From: an uncultured delta proteobacterium
GTDB taxonomy: Bacteria > Myxococcota > Myxococcia > Myxococcales > Myxococcaceae
Direction: 5' to 3'
Assembly (NCBI GenBank): GCA_963713045.1
Contig: CAVQKE010000007.1
Coordinates: 512,001-576,000 of the forward strand
DNA: 64,000 bases
A program made the position numbers and the translations under genes. Below the pieces are notes generated by a model. It was not told the origin of the DNA. It saw only the letters and a program-made list of their open reading frames with translations, and searched no databases. Numbering within the stretch: position 1 is the first letter of the stretch; each line of letters opens with the position of its first letter. Positions 20,304-30,754 of the stretch are shown piece by piece.

Positions 20304-23300
20304 ATGTGGATCGTTCGACTCGCCCTCCGGCGTCCCTACACCTTCGTGGTGCTGGCGATGCTGATTGTCCTGATGGGCGTCGTCACCATCCGCCGGATGC
20401 CGACGGATATTTATCCCGAGATTGACATCCCAGTCGTCGCCGCCGTCTGGGCCTATACCGGCCTGCCGCCCGAGGAAATGGAAGGGCGCATCACATCGAT
20501 GTTCGAGCGCGCCGCCACCACGACGGTCAATGGCATCGAACACATCGAGAGCCAGACGCTTGCTGGTGTGGGGGTGATTAAAGTCTTCATGCAACCAGGC
20601 GTTTCGATGGCGGACGCTGTAGCTCAAGTCGGCGCCATCTCAGAGCCAATCCTCAAGCAACTGCCACTCGGTACCACGCCGCCCCTCATCATCCAATACA
20701 GCGCCTCGAACGTACCAATCCTGCAGCTGGGCCTTTCTAGTGCGAGTCTCGACGAGCAGCAGATCCTCGACCTGGGGACGAATTTTCTACGCCCGGGGTT
20801 GGTGACCGTCCGCGGCGCGCAGATGCCGCTGCCTGTCGGCGGCAAGTTCCGGCAAATTATGGTCGACCTCGACCCTCAGAAGCTCTTCGCGTGGGGCATT
20901 TCTCCATCATCGGTCTCGAGTTTACTCGCTCAGCAAAACGTCGTCTTGCCGAGCGGGACGGCCAAGATTGGTCTCCAGGAGTACCCCATCATCTTCAATG
21001 GAAGCCCGCCAAGTGCTGCCGGCTTCAATGATCTCCCCCTCAAGTATGTGAATGGGACGATGATCTACGTGCGCGACGTCGCCCACGTCCGCGACGGCTT
21101 CGCCCCTCAGACCAGCGTGGTCACGATCGACGGTACTCGGGGCGCGCTGCTCCCCATCCTCAAGTCTCAGGGAGCCAGCACGCTCGACGTGGTGTCCGGC
21201 GTTCGTTCAACGTTGCCCGCCGTCCAGGCCACGTTGCCTCCACAGCTGGAGATTCACCCGCTGTTCGACCAATCCGTCTTCGTCAAGGGCGCGATTCAGG
21301 GGGTGCTCCGCGAAGCCATCATCGCCGCCGGGCTCACTGGCCTGATGATGCTCCTCTTTCTGGGGAGTTGGCGAAGTACGCTCATTGTCCTCATCTCCAT
21401 CCCCCTCTCGCTGCTGGTCTCAGTAATTTTACTCAACCAGCTGGGACAAACCCTTAATCTCATGACCCTGGGCGGGATGGCACTCGCGGTGGGAATCCTG
21501 GTCGACGACGCGACGGTGGAAGTTGAGAACTTCCAAAGACAGCACGCAATGGGGAAGCCGGTCATCAAAGCCATCCTCGATGGCGCAGCGGAGATTGCGG
21601 TCCCCGCCTTCGTGTCCACGTTGTGCATCTGCATCGTCTTCGTTCCGGTGACCCTGATTAGCGGAGTGGCCAAATTCCTCTTTATCCCGCTGGCCATGGC
21701 CGTCGTCTTCGCAATGCTCACGTCGTACTTCCTTTCGCGGACGCTGGTTCCCACCTTGGAGCACTACCTCCTGGGCAGAGAACCACCCGGTGGGACCAGC
21801 GCGTCCGGGCCCATCGGGTGGCTCCACAAACGCATCGACCGGGGCTTCGAAAACCTGAGGGATGTGTACGCGCGAGGACTAGAGGCTGCGATTCACCACC
21901 GCAAAATCTTCCTGGCCGGGTTCCTTCTCTTCGTCGCCGCGTCGCTCGGTCTGGTGCCGCTCCTGGGCACCGATTTCTTCCCTAGCGTCGACGCCGGTGA
22001 GTTCCGGCTCCACGTGCGTGCGCCCCCCGGAACCCGCATCGAGGAGACCGAACGACTCTTTGCCGATGTCGAGGCCCACGTGCGGAAGGTTATCCCGGCC
22101 GATGAAATCGACGTGGTGATCAACGACATCGGTGTACCGGTGAGCGGCATTAACCTTGTCCTCGGCGACCCGTCGATGATTTCCAGCGCAGACGGAGAGA
22201 TGCTGGTCTCTCTGAAGCCGAACCACGCGCCCACCGACCGCTACGTCGCGGCTCTCCGTCGCGACCTCCGCCAGACGTTCCCGAATTCGACGTTCTTCTT
22301 CCTGGCAGCTGACATCTCGACGCAAATACTGAACTTCGGCCTCTCGGCACCTCTGGACGTCCGCATCGTCGGGCCAGCTGGAAATCAAACGGCCAACCTC
22401 GCCATTGCGCGGGAGCTTGCACAAGAGATGAGCCAAATTCCCGGGGCGGTGGACGTACACTTGGCCCAGGTGCCCGAGACGCCCGAACTGTTTCTCGACG
22501 TGAAACGTTCTCAGGCGACACAACTCGGGCTGAGCATGAACAGCATCGCTTCGGATGTCCTGGTGTCCCTGTCATCGAGCGGGCAAACGGCGCCAGCCTA
22601 CTGGATGGATCCGAAGACTCGCGTCCAGTATGCGGTGGCCGTGCAGACGCCGCAGTTTCGTATCGATTCAATCGCCGCACTCACTGAAACGCCGGTCGCG
22701 CCCGCCTCTGGCGGCGCCCCTACTCCACAACTTCTTGAGAATGTGGCGAGCGTCACGCCGGTGGTTGGCCCGACGAACGTGACGCATTACAACATCGCAC
22801 GGTCTATTGATGTGCAGAGCAACGTGTCTGGCACCGACCTCGGATCGGTCGCGCGCGCCGTGCGAAAGCTGATTGACCGCAGACGCCCCAGTTTGCCGCG
22901 CGGAACGACGGTCCTACTCACCGGGCAGCCCCAGGCCATGAACGCGTCTTTCCTTGGCTTGGGAACGGGAATCCTGTTCGCGGTCGTGCTGGTTTATTTA
23001 CTACTGACAGTCAATTTCCAAAGCTGGCTCGAGCCCTTCATCATCCTGATGGCCCTCCCTGGGACGGTCGCCGGGGTCGCGTGGGGGCTCTTTCTGACTG
23101 GGTCAACGCTGAGCATTCCTGCGCTGATGGGGACGCTGATGAGCATCGGGGTGGCCAGCGCAAACAGCATCCTGGTCGTGACGTTCGCAACAGAGCGGCT
23201 TGCTGCCGGTGACGAGAGGATTCAAGCTGCTCTCGACGCCGGACGCACCAGGCTTCGGCCGGTCATCATGACCGCGACAGCGATGATCCTCGGTATGCTA

Positions 23301-23498
23301 CCGATGTCGCTTGGCCTCGGCGACGGCGGCGAGCAGAACGCGCCGCTTGGCCGCGCGGTGATTGGCGGTCTCTTGCTGGCAACCGTGTCCACGCTCTTCT
23401 TCGTGCCAGTGGTGTTTAGTAAGATTGGACGTCGGCGGGCGACCGACGTCATCCTCGACGAGAGCGACGGGAGTGCTCGTGACCAACACGGCACCTAG
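20304..23498 (+). CDS. RND efflux transporter permease subunit (AcrB/CzcA superfamily)
   Basis: 1064 aa; 'DIYPEIDIPVV', 'GILVDDATVEVEN', 'RLRPVIMTA', 'PLGRAVIGGL'. Confidence 0.96.
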   Translation: MWIVRLALRRPYTFVVLAMLIVLMGVVTIRRMPTDIYPEIDIPVVAAVWAYTGLPPEEMEGRITSMFERAATTTVNGIEHIESQTLAGVGVIKVFMQPGVSMADAVAQVGAISEPILKQLPLGTTPPLIIQYSASNVPILQLGLSSASLDEQQILDLGTNFLRPGLVTVRGAQMPLPVGGKFRQIMVDLDPQKLFAWGISPSSVSSLLAQQNVVLPSGTAKIGLQEYPIIFNGSPPSAAGFNDLPLKYVNGTMIYVRDVAHVRDGFAPQTSVVTIDGTRGALLPILKSQGASTLDVVSGVRSTLPAVQATLPPQLEIHPLFDQSVFVKGAIQGVLREAIIAAGLTGLMMLLFLGSWRSTLIVLISIPLSLLVSVILLNQLGQTLNLMTLGGMALAVGILVDDATVEVENFQRQHAMGKPVIKAILDGAAEIAVPAFVSTLCICIVFVPVTLISGVAKFLFIPLAMAVVFAMLTSYFLSRTLVPTLEHYLLGREPPGGTSASGPIGWLHKRIDRGFENLRDVYARGLEAAIHHRKIFLAGFLLFVAASLGLVPLLGTDFFPSVDAGEFRLHVRAPPGTRIEETERLFADVEAHVRKVIPADEIDVVINDIGVPVSGINLVLGDPSMISSADGEMLVSLKPNHAPTDRYVAALRRDLRQTFPNSTFFFLAADISTQILNFGLSAPLDVRIVGPAGNQTANLAIARELAQEMSQIPGAVDVHLAQVPETPELFLDVKRSQATQLGLSMNSIASDVLVSLSSSGQTAPAYWMDPKTRVQYAVAVQTPQFRIDSIAALTETPVAPASGGAPTPQLLENVASVTPVVGPTNVTHYNIARSIDVQSNVSGTDLGSVARAVRKLIDRRRPSLPRGTTVLLTGQPQAMNASFLGLGTGILFAVVLVYLLLTVNFQSWLEPFIILMALPGTVAGVAWGLFLTGSTLSIPALMGTLMSIGVASANSILVVTFATERLAAGDERIQAALDAGRTRLRPVIMTATAMILGMLPMSLGLGDGGEQNAPLGRAVIGGLLLATVSTLFFVPVVFSKIGRRRATDVILDESDGSARDQHGT

Positions 23499-24708
23499 CC
23501 CGTCACCCGTCCGACGCAAGGGCTTGTTGATGCTGGCGGGGGCGCTGGCGGCACTCCTCATCGCCTTTCTGGTCGGATATCTCCCTCGCAGGCATTCGTG
23601 GTCTCAGGCGGTAGCCGCGGCGCAGCTTGAGCAGCAGCCTCTCCGGCTTTCGGTGGTGACGGCGGAGGCAGTTGACGCTGGACGAGACCTCAGCTTGCCC
23701 GGAACGCTTGTCGCCAACCAACGGACATTCATCTATCCGCGCGCGACGGGCTACGTGCGCCGCTGGGTGGCAGACATTGGAGACCGTGTTCCTGCCGGAG
23801 GCTTACTCCTCGAACTGGATACGCCTGACCTTGACCAGCAGCTTGCCAGCGCCCGAGCGACGCTCCAGCACACCATCGCAGCCCTGGCTCAGGCTGTCGC
23901 CAACCGGGATTACGCGCTCCTGACCTACGATCGAATGCACATCCTGGCTTCCGAGAAGCTCATTGCCCAACAAGACGAAGACCAGGCCCGCAGCAATGAA
24001 TTGGTCCAGGAAGCCATCGTGCAGGCGGCCAAGGCCGATATCCAGGCACAGCGAGAAGTTGTTCGCGAGCTCGAAGTCCTGGTGGGCTTCAAGCGAGTGG
24101 TTGCTCCCTTTGGTGGCATTATCACTCAGCGTCTCGTCGATGTTGGGACTCTGGTGGTTGCAGGGACCGGAACGACCGCCGTCGTAAACGCGGCGCCGGG
24201 TAGCACGCCGTCAGCGCTCTACGAGATAGAGGCGACGGATCCGATTCGCGTCTTTGTGGAAGTCCCCCAACCGTTCACCCCCATGCTGCGGGTGGGCCAA
24301 GGCGCCACCCTCGCGCTGCGGCAGTTTCCGGGACGCTTCTTCACCGGCAGGGTTACGCGAACCGCAGGTGCGCTCGATTCAGCGACGAGGACGATGAGAA
24401 CGCAAATCGACATTTCGAATGACGCCGGAACGCTGTTGGCGGGAATGTATGGCGAGGTCACAATGCCAGTCGCCATCGCCCACGCGACGGTCCGCGTTCC
24501 TGAGAGCGCCTTGCTCGAGGATGCTCGAGGGATTCACGTCGCCGTGATTGATTCGAGCTCACATGCGCACCTGGTTGCGGTTCAACCAGGACGCGACTTC
24601 GGGGCCGAAATTGAGCTGGTCGATGGTCTCCAGGGCGGCGAACGCATTGTCGTGACCCCTCCGGCCAACATCGCCGACGGCCAGCTTATCGAAGTCGTGA
24701 GCCACTGA
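23479..24708 (+). CDS. RND periplasmic adaptor (membrane fusion protein)
   Basis: GTG at 23479 overlaps the permease end; N-terminal TM, 'IYPRATGYV', 'DIGDRV', 'APFGGIITQRLVDVG', 'LLAGMY'. Confidence 0.93.
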   Translation: MTNTAPSPSPVRRKGLLMLAGALAALLIAFLVGYLPRRHSWSQAVAAAQLEQQPLRLSVVTAEAVDAGRDLSLPGTLVANQRTFIYPRATGYVRRWVADIGDRVPAGGLLLELDTPDLDQQLASARATLQHTIAALAQAVANRDYALLTYDRMHILASEKLIAQQDEDQARSNELVQEAIVQAAKADIQAQREVVRELEVLVGFKRVVAPFGGIITQRLVDVGTLVVAGTGTTAVVNAAPGSTPSALYEIEATDPIRVFVEVPQPFTPMLRVGQGATLALRQFPGRFFTGRVTRTAGALDSATRTMRTQIDISNDAGTLLAGMYGEVTMPVAIAHATVRVPESALLEDARGIHVAVIDSSSHAHLVAVQPGRDFGAEIELVDGLQGGERIVVTPPANIADGQLIEVVSH

Positions 24709-24824
24709 GAGGGGTCCGTCTGGATACCTGTCCGGGCAACACTCGGAAAATCTCTGGCGCCTTCGCAAAGCGCCGGAAGAACTCTCCGGATACGCCCCTC
24801 CGTTTTCGGTCGCGACGGCAGGCG

Positions 24825-25121
24825 TCATCCGGCTCCGATTTTTCCGAGCCCGACGCCGATGGCGAACACGATGGCTCCGCCGATGATGACCTGGACGACG
24901 GTGCTCGCAAGCCTGCCACCCATGAAGCGGTAGCGGATGAAGGCAATCGTCAAAAGTTCTGCGACCACCACGCCGTACGCGAGCTTCAAGGCGATATCCA
25001 GGTGCGGGACCAGAAAGGGAAACGTATGCAGCATGCCTCCGAGTCCCGTGGCGATGCCCGTAATCGAGCCACGTCGGAGAGGGCTGCCGCGACCCGTGAC
25101 CGTCCCATCGTCGGACAGGGC
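24825..25121 (-). pseudogene. mbfA: C-terminal VIT1/CCC1 fragment of an MbfA-like iron exporter
   Basis: '[52 protein letters not shown]' matches the MbfA membrane C-terminus; stops lie just upstream, so the ferritin-like N-domain is missing. Confidence 0.7.
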
Positions 25122-25194
25122 TCCGGTCCTTCGCAGACGCAGTACGTACCCCGAGGGACACAACCCCCTTCAGTTAGACCGACAGGCGCGACCG

Positions 25195-25755
25195 CTACGG
25201 TAATGCGCTGACATCACCGCCGGCTTGCGTGTAATCCAGCTGGTAAAGCGATTGGGTTTCGTTTCGACTCTGGCTCAGCACCCGAATATTCGGGTCGCGG
25301 GGAATGAGACAATTCACCAGGTAGGCGGATATTGCTCTCTGATGATGGTTTTCGATAGCAAGGGTCCGTACAGGTCCACCCCGCGACAATTCCACGTTGA
25401 ACTCAATATCAATGACGCCGAGCCCTTCCTTCATCTCCTCTGGTGCCGGAAACGTCCACGAAATAAGCGTGGGCTCAGTACTTTGTCCGTCAACTGTGAT
25501 CGACAAATCGCGAAGCACCAGCTCTACGTAGGTCCGCTGTTCGGCCTCGGAGATAATGCCGTCCCGGTTGGTGTCGATGCTCGCGAGCACGATGGATGAA
25601 ACCGCGACACCCGGGACGAGACGCATGTTCGCATGAACATGGTCCTTCTCCACCGAGAGGAGGGTCGCTTGCAGGTACTCGTCGAGACGATGAGCGAAGG
25701 CGGCGCCTCCCGGCAACAGGAGGATGCCAGTCGCCACAATGAATTTCGTTTTCAT
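25195..25755 (-). CDS. Secreted protein '[10 protein letters not shown]' type (resembles the N-domain of HupE/UreJ fusions; EF-hand-like DTNRDG)
   Basis: Signal peptide, His right after the cleavage site, '[13 protein letters not shown]'; ATGA-coupled to DUF3500. Confidence 0.7.
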   Translation of the reverse strand: MKTKFIVATGILLLPGGAAFAHRLDEYLQATLLSVEKDHVHANMRLVPGVAVSSIVLASIDTNRDGIISEAEQRTYVELVLRDLSITVDGQSTEPTLISWTFPAPEEMKEGLGVIDIEFNVELSRGGPVRTLAIENHHQRAISAYLVNCLIPRDPNIRVLSQSRNETQSLYQLDYTQAGGDVSALP

Positions 25756-26792
25756 TTCGTCCCAGGCCCCCGCCCGTAGTCATTCGTCGGGTCGCGGTAC
25801 ATTGTGTGGACATGCATCGAAGGGTCGCCGCCCAGACGCTGGGGTGCGTACTCGATAACCAGGTGCGGCCCCTGGATCCGATAGTACGCGGTGATGTTCT
25901 GACCCGGATTAGCGGTTGCCGGACCGCTCCAAGCGAACCAGGTCTCGTCGATATCGGCCTTTAGTTCCGCAAGCCGGGCCGCGGCCGCACCTTCGTGAAT
26001 GATGCTCGTCCATTCCGAGATGAGGTCGAGCAGCATCGCGCGTTGTTGCTCGTTCATCGCGGACGCTTTCAACCCTTCGGGTTGGATGGTCTTCCCGTCC
26101 TGCCCGGGGCCGAGCACCAGGTCGGCCAACCGGAAGCTCAGAATCGTTTGCTTCCGCTGACTGACGTCGAGGGCAGTCAGCAGGGCCAGAGCCTTGTCGC
26201 TTTCTTGGCCGAGAGGGCGAATGGTCTTCCCGTTGCTGGTGTAGAGGGCTGGCTGAGCGCCGATCAGAGACGGCGTAAGCAGGCCACGTTCGCCGGCGAT
26301 GGTGATGTTGAGGGCGAGATGGTGTCCTCCAAACTGCAACATCCATGGCGTCCTTTCCGAGGGCGTTCCTAGAATTGAGATGTAGTACAAGTCCTTCCCG
26401 AAAATCGGGTTGTTTCCTCCAGCAATCTTAAGAATCTCGTCGCCCTCCATGATTTCCTGGACCTTCTCGAAGCCTCTTCGGCTGAGCGCGGACGAAACGA
26501 GAGCTAGAGCAGCAGAACGCTGAGCATCATTGAGCTCCTTGAGGCTGACGCCGGCCCGGGGCACCATCGAAAGCGGCAAATTTGACCAGCGTGCTCGCTG
26601 CGTCTCGTCGTCAAACGGAAAGAGCACGCTCTGTCGTTGCTGCGCATCGAGGGTTGAAAGGAAGGCATTTGCCGCGCTCACTATCTGTGCGGTCGCGGTC
26701 GACGCCGCACCGGCCGTGAACGGCGCAGACATCAGAGTCAAGATGCCGATGCACTGAACCTTCTTCATCAAAAGTACATTCATCTTCCTCAC
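25752..26792 (-). CDS. DUF3500 domain protein
   Basis: 'RWSNLP', 'WMLQFGGHHLALN', 'TWFAWSG', 'YYRIQGPHLVIEY', 'HVHTMYRDPTNDYG'. Confidence 0.9.
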   Translation of the reverse strand: MRKMNVLLMKKVQCIGILTLMSAPFTAGAASTATAQIVSAANAFLSTLDAQQRQSVLFPFDDETQRARWSNLPLSMVPRAGVSLKELNDAQRSAALALVSSALSRRGFEKVQEIMEGDEILKIAGGNNPIFGKDLYYISILGTPSERTPWMLQFGGHHLALNITIAGERGLLTPSLIGAQPALYTSNGKTIRPLGQESDKALALLTALDVSQRKQTILSFRLADLVLGPGQDGKTIQPEGLKASAMNEQQRAMLLDLISEWTSIIHEGAAAARLAELKADIDETWFAWSGPATANPGQNITAYYRIQGPHLVIEYAPQRLGGDPSMHVHTMYRDPTNDYGRGPGTK

Positions 26793-26950
26793 CTATCCTC
26801 CGCTTCCCACATCTTGTCGGAAGTCACCATTAGATTGACCGAACGACGATCGGGATTGCGTCAGCGTGTTAAATCGCGCAACGTGCATTCTGGCGGTCCG
26901 GGGTCGCTGCCCCGCGGCGGCCGCCTTCAACCCACCTTCCGAGGTCCGCG

Positions 26951-27799
26951 ATGCGAAGACGGCTCTTGCTCCTAGCGGTTCTGCTCCCTGCGATAACGCA
27001 CGCCCAGACGACCGACAGGACGCTTCAGCGTATCCGCGATAGTAAGACGATCACCATCGCCTACCGCACCGACGCCCTTCCCTTTTCCTTCGAGAACGGC
27101 GGGCAGCCCGCGGGGTACACGGTCGAGCTGTGCAAGCGCGTCGTCACCAGCTTGGAGCAACAGCTCAAGGTCCAGCCGCTCTCCGTGAAGTGGGTTCCGG
27201 CCAACGTCCAGACCCGACTCGACCTCGTCAGCAAGGGCCAGGTGGACCTGGAATGCGGGACCACCACCGCTACGCTCTCGCGCATGGGTCAGGTGGACTT
27301 CTCCAATCCAGTCTGGGTCGACGCGACTGGGCTGCTCGTCCGGAAGTCTGCAGGGGCGCATAGCCTTGGGGGCCTTGCTGGCAAGAGCATCGCGGTGGTG
27401 GTCGAGACCCCGAACGAGCGGGCGCTACAGGACGCGCTGAAGAAGGGGCTCGTGAACGCCAAGGTCGTGCCGGTGAAGACATACGATGAGGCGATCTCGC
27501 TTCTCGAAAGTGGAAGCGTCGACGCGCTGGCGGCGGGCAAAATGATGCTGGCAGGGATGGCAAGCAAGCTGAAGGACCTCCCGGCCTACGAGTTGCTGGA
27601 CGATGACATCGGCTACGTGCCCTACGCCATCGTCCTGCCGCTCGGGGCAAGCGGGCTCCGTCAGGCAGTGAACCGGGCCCTCTCGCAAATCTACGCCAGC
27701 GATGCCATCGTCGAGATTTTTCGCGGCACCTTCGGCCCAACCGCCAAACCTAGCCTGCCGCTGGTCATCATGTACCGTCTCAACACTTATCCAGAGTGA
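26951..27799 (+). CDS. Polar amino-acid ABC substrate-binding protein (GltI-like), orphan
   Basis: 'TLQRIRDSKTITIAYR..PFSF..GYTVELC', 'VDLECGTTTATLSR..VDFS'. Confidence 0.9.
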   Translation: MRRRLLLLAVLLPAITHAQTTDRTLQRIRDSKTITIAYRTDALPFSFENGGQPAGYTVELCKRVVTSLEQQLKVQPLSVKWVPANVQTRLDLVSKGQVDLECGTTTATLSRMGQVDFSNPVWVDATGLLVRKSAGAHSLGGLAGKSIAVVVETPNERALQDALKKGLVNAKVVPVKTYDEAISLLESGSVDALAAGKMMLAGMASKLKDLPAYELLDDDIGYVPYAIVLPLGASGLRQAVNRALSQIYASDAIVEIFRGTFGPTAKPSLPLVIMYRLNTYPE

Positions 27800-27919
27800 T
27801 GGACCGCGCTGGCATTAAAACGTCCGCGTCACTACGGAATTTTTCACCGCCCGTGCGCCGGCAGCACAGAGGCCTGGTAGCCATGTCCATCGTCCTCTAG
27901 CGGTTGCAGCGCCGTAAGG

Positions 27920-28290
27920 TTTCCGCTGGATTACGTCGATGGTGCCGCGGAGCTTTGAGTCGTCCGGCGGGAGAAAGTCAAACGGCGCCATCTGCAGCAG
28001 AGACGCATCCAACTCGGCCCGGAGCGCGTGCCGGCGAAGCCTCCGAGGGCCGAACTCCAGCAGTGCTCCAAGATGTCCGCATCGAGCCGCTGGGCGCCAG
28101 CGGCAAACTCATCACGCACCGACGCGGCAACCGCGACGCAACTCGGGCCATCCGATAAACGGCGGCCCAGCACATCAGCGTGGAAAACGTTTGTGGTTGC
28201 CAGACGGTCCGAAGCTCCCAGATTCCGGCGTCCGGGGTTCCGAGGATTCCCATCGCCTCGCTCCCGGCGCCGCGCGCCCACACCAGCCGA
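27920..28290 (-). pseudogene. Fragmented glycoside hydrolase family 15 (glucoamylase/trehalase) remnant
   Basis: Three consecutive frames give 'GTPDAGIWELRTVWQPQTFSTLMCWAA', 'EFAAGAQRL..ILEHCWS..LGGFAG' and 'DASLLQMAPFDFLPPDDSKLRGTID', which are GH15 segments in the correct order. Confidence 0.8.
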
Positions 28291-28416
28291 TGCCGCTCCC
28301 TCTGGAATTCTGGTGGGCCGCGGAATTGGGTAAAGTGAAACGTGCCAAAGCTGTCAAGCGCTCACCTCGAACCTTGGTCCTCATCGCGTCTCGGCAGAGT
28401 ACGATGAGGAATCGGC

Positions 28417-29634
28417 TCAAGCGGACCGATCGAGCAGAGGAGCCGCTCCGCGCTTCATGCTGATTGCAGACGCGACCAGTTCAGCCAAAGCTGTCGACCG
28501 GCCCAGGACTAGGTCGGCGACGGCGAGCGCCGCCACCAATCCGAGCGTGAAGAGGTTGTCGCCAAATCCTGCGGCCACGAGCACTGGAGATTGCCGACGA
28601 CGGCGGCCGATGATGGGCAGCCCGTCCGGAGAGCGCATCACCATCGTGGACCCGCTGTCGACGACGTCCAGCTCGGTTCTTCCCATTCGGCTCAATGCGT
28701 ACTCGAGCAACGGTACCGCGCCGTCGCCGTCTGCATCCGAGGCGAAAACCAGGGTCTTGATGCCACCGTGCGTGGCCGGACGCATTTGGTGCGCTGGCAA
28801 GGCCGAATCCCAGAATACGGCTGGCGGGAATTTGTCGTCTCGAAGGATTTCAAGGTAATGCCTGGGGTGCTCGGCCAGACCCCCGAGGAACGGGAATTTG
28901 AGGAAGGGCTGCTGAGCGGCGAGGAATACGTTCCTCGCCCTCAGCTCCGAGTCGGACCTGGTCCGCACGACGCAGGGCTCGCCTTCGATGAGGCTCTCGA
29001 CTCGGTCCTTTGGGAGAATCAGCACACCAGCCGCGCGAGCCAGCCGCCGAAGTCCGCTGAGGAAGAACGTTGGCGCGAACTGGGCCTGTCCTGGAAATCG
29101 AACAGCCCCCGCGATGCCGAACGCCATTGGAATGGTTCGCGAGACCTCCGTCTTTATCCCAGCCGCTCTCGCTGCGTCGCATTCGTCGCGAAGCGCACGC
29201 AGGCCCTCTTCCCGCTCCGAAAAGAGGTACCCCGGAATGCGCTGGTACCCGCAGCCGCCCATCGCACGACCAAGCTCACGAACCGTATCGATGACGACCC
29301 GCGTCGAGGAGGCAAGAGTGCGCGCTGCCTCAAGGCCCTGCTGACCGATTACCGAGGCGTAGCCAAGCCCTAGCCGCTGGGTCAACAACCCCACTGCGGT
29401 TGATGGGCCCAGCCCATCCACAGGGCTAGGCAGGACAATCACCTTTTTCCCGGCCCGGGCTAGCAGCAGAGCCGCCGTCAGACCTGAGATTCCAGCCCCG
29501 CTCACCAGGACGTCGGTCTCGAGGGCTCGCTGCTGCACCGGCGGTCGCCCAGGAGGCGTCACTACACGAAGCGGCCCAACACGGGACACCCGAGAACTCA
29601 GCTCTGAGAACTCGCACGCTGTCGCAACTGGCAT
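28417..29634 (-). CDS. FAD-dependent oxidoreductase (DAO/YhfW-like, no Rieske domain)
   Basis: GGAGG RBS before ATG 29634; 'DVLVSGAGISGLTAA', 'FPGQAQFAP', 'SPDGLPIIG', 'AAGFG'. Confidence 0.8.
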   Translation of the reverse strand: MPVATACEFSELSSRVSRVGPLRVVTPPGRPPVQQRALETDVLVSGAGISGLTAALLLARAGKKVIVLPSPVDGLGPSTAVGLLTQRLGLGYASVIGQQGLEAARTLASSTRVVIDTVRELGRAMGGCGYQRIPGYLFSEREEGLRALRDECDAARAAGIKTEVSRTIPMAFGIAGAVRFPGQAQFAPTFFLSGLRRLARAAGVLILPKDRVESLIEGEPCVVRTRSDSELRARNVFLAAQQPFLKFPFLGGLAEHPRHYLEILRDDKFPPAVFWDSALPAHQMRPATHGGIKTLVFASDADGDGAVPLLEYALSRMGRTELDVVDSGSTMVMRSPDGLPIIGRRRRQSPVLVAAGFGDNLFTLGLVAALAVADLVLGRSTALAELVASAISMKRGAAPLLDRSA

Positions 29635-29903
29635 GACCCGTCCTCCGGCAGCGACTGCATCTGCAGGGTAGGGACTATTCGAGGCCGCCGCATAAGAGGC
29701 GTCTTGCCACAAGACGGAACGAGTGTGACAGAACGCCACGCGTCGTCTGACCACTCGGCGCGCTCAGGGCTCGCTTTGTATGGGCATACTTCTCGCAGCG
29801 AGGGTGAGCCATGCCCAACCGAGCGAAGCCCACAGATACGCGGAAGATTCCAGCGCGCCGAAAGACGGCCACGCCATCCCGCCGTCACAGCGCGGGTGCG
29901 GCC

Positions 29904-30191
29904 ATGGAGTCGACCCGCGGTACGTCCGACGAGCTCCTCGCGACGCTTGTTCGCAGCGAATCTGAAGCCCTGGAGTTGCTGAGGCGTTTACTTTCTGAGC
30001 GCTCAGCCGATGCGTTTCGTCCGGGTCTCCTACGGTGTCTGCGATTTCATGAGTCCGCGCTACTCCAGCTCGAGTCGCTGCGTGATGAGGAGCCGGACGT
30101 CGTAGAGGCCACCCCGTTGGGCGGGATGGCCATCGTTCAGGTGCCGAGGGAGGTCATCCTCGTGACCGATGAGGACATCATCGCGGAGTGA
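29904..30191 (+). CDS. Small acidic hypothetical protein
   Basis: ATG at 29904, helical amphipathic composition, ends 'LVTDEDIIAE'. Confidence 0.5.
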   Translation: MESTRGTSDELLATLVRSESEALELLRRLLSERSADAFRPGLLRCLRFHESALLQLESLRDEEPDVVEATPLGGMAIVQVPREVILVTDEDIIAE

Positions 30192-30316
30192 ACTGGACCT
30201 GGCCACATCGAGCCCTCTCTGCGGAAGACACCACGCTGACCCGTCTTTTAGTGCCCATCGGTGTCGCACAAATGGCCCACCGGCTTGCGGCTGCGCAGGA
30301 CTGCGGCACAGCTGCC

Positions 30317-30526
30317 TTAGCCCCAAAGGCCGGTCAGAAAGAGGAGAATACCGATTAAGGGCGTTTGTCTCGCCAAGATGTTGCTGCGACTGACGCGGCG
30401 TGTCTTCGAGGACTCGCGAGCTGTGGATGGACGCGCGACCCCTTCAAACGAGGCGGTTTCCCCCTTCTGTCTCCAGCGAGCAAGGGGCTTTCCCATAGGG
30501 TCTGACGTCCAGGACAACGTCAACAT
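30317..30526 (-). CDS. Small hypothetical protein (69 aa, hydrophobic C-terminus)
   Basis: Strong RBS GGAGGAAG-tc-ATG; preceded by a variant of the shared promoter motif at 30608-30632. Confidence 0.5.
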   Translation of the reverse strand: MLTLSWTSDPMGKPLARWRQKGETASFEGVARPSTARESSKTRRVSRSNILARQTPLIGILLFLTGLWG

Positions 30527-30607
30527 GACTTCCTCCAGAACAAGAGCCCGAGCGCTCGCGGCTCATTGGGGAGAGCAGCGAACAAATCCGGCGGCTCTCG
30601 GTTAGGT

Positions 30608-30632
30608 GGTTCGGCAGCGGTCAGCTTGCGAC
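30608..30632 (-). promoter_or_regulatory. Putative ECF promoter, variant copy (GTCGCAAGC-N9-CCGAACC)
   Basis: Resembles the two motifs at 31175 and 32130 but is 1 nt shorter; about 80 nt upstream of the ORF start at 30526. Confidence 0.4.
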
Positions 30633-30754
30633 TTTTCTGCCACAGGCACGGCGCCCGTGGGTGGGCAACTCCCTGCGCCACCGCGGCCATTCAACGAGCA
30701 GCGACGAAGTGTTTTGCAGAGCGATTCGTGCTTCGAGACCTCAAGCATCCCCAC

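Noticed and set aside
29621..29644. GTCGCAA-N10-CCGTCC resembling the ECF motif; similar GTCGCAA-N11-CCGTTAC at about 41472
   Set aside because: Spacing or second box deviates. The first overlaps the start of another gene and is far from a co-oriented start. Neither is distinguishable from chance by eye.
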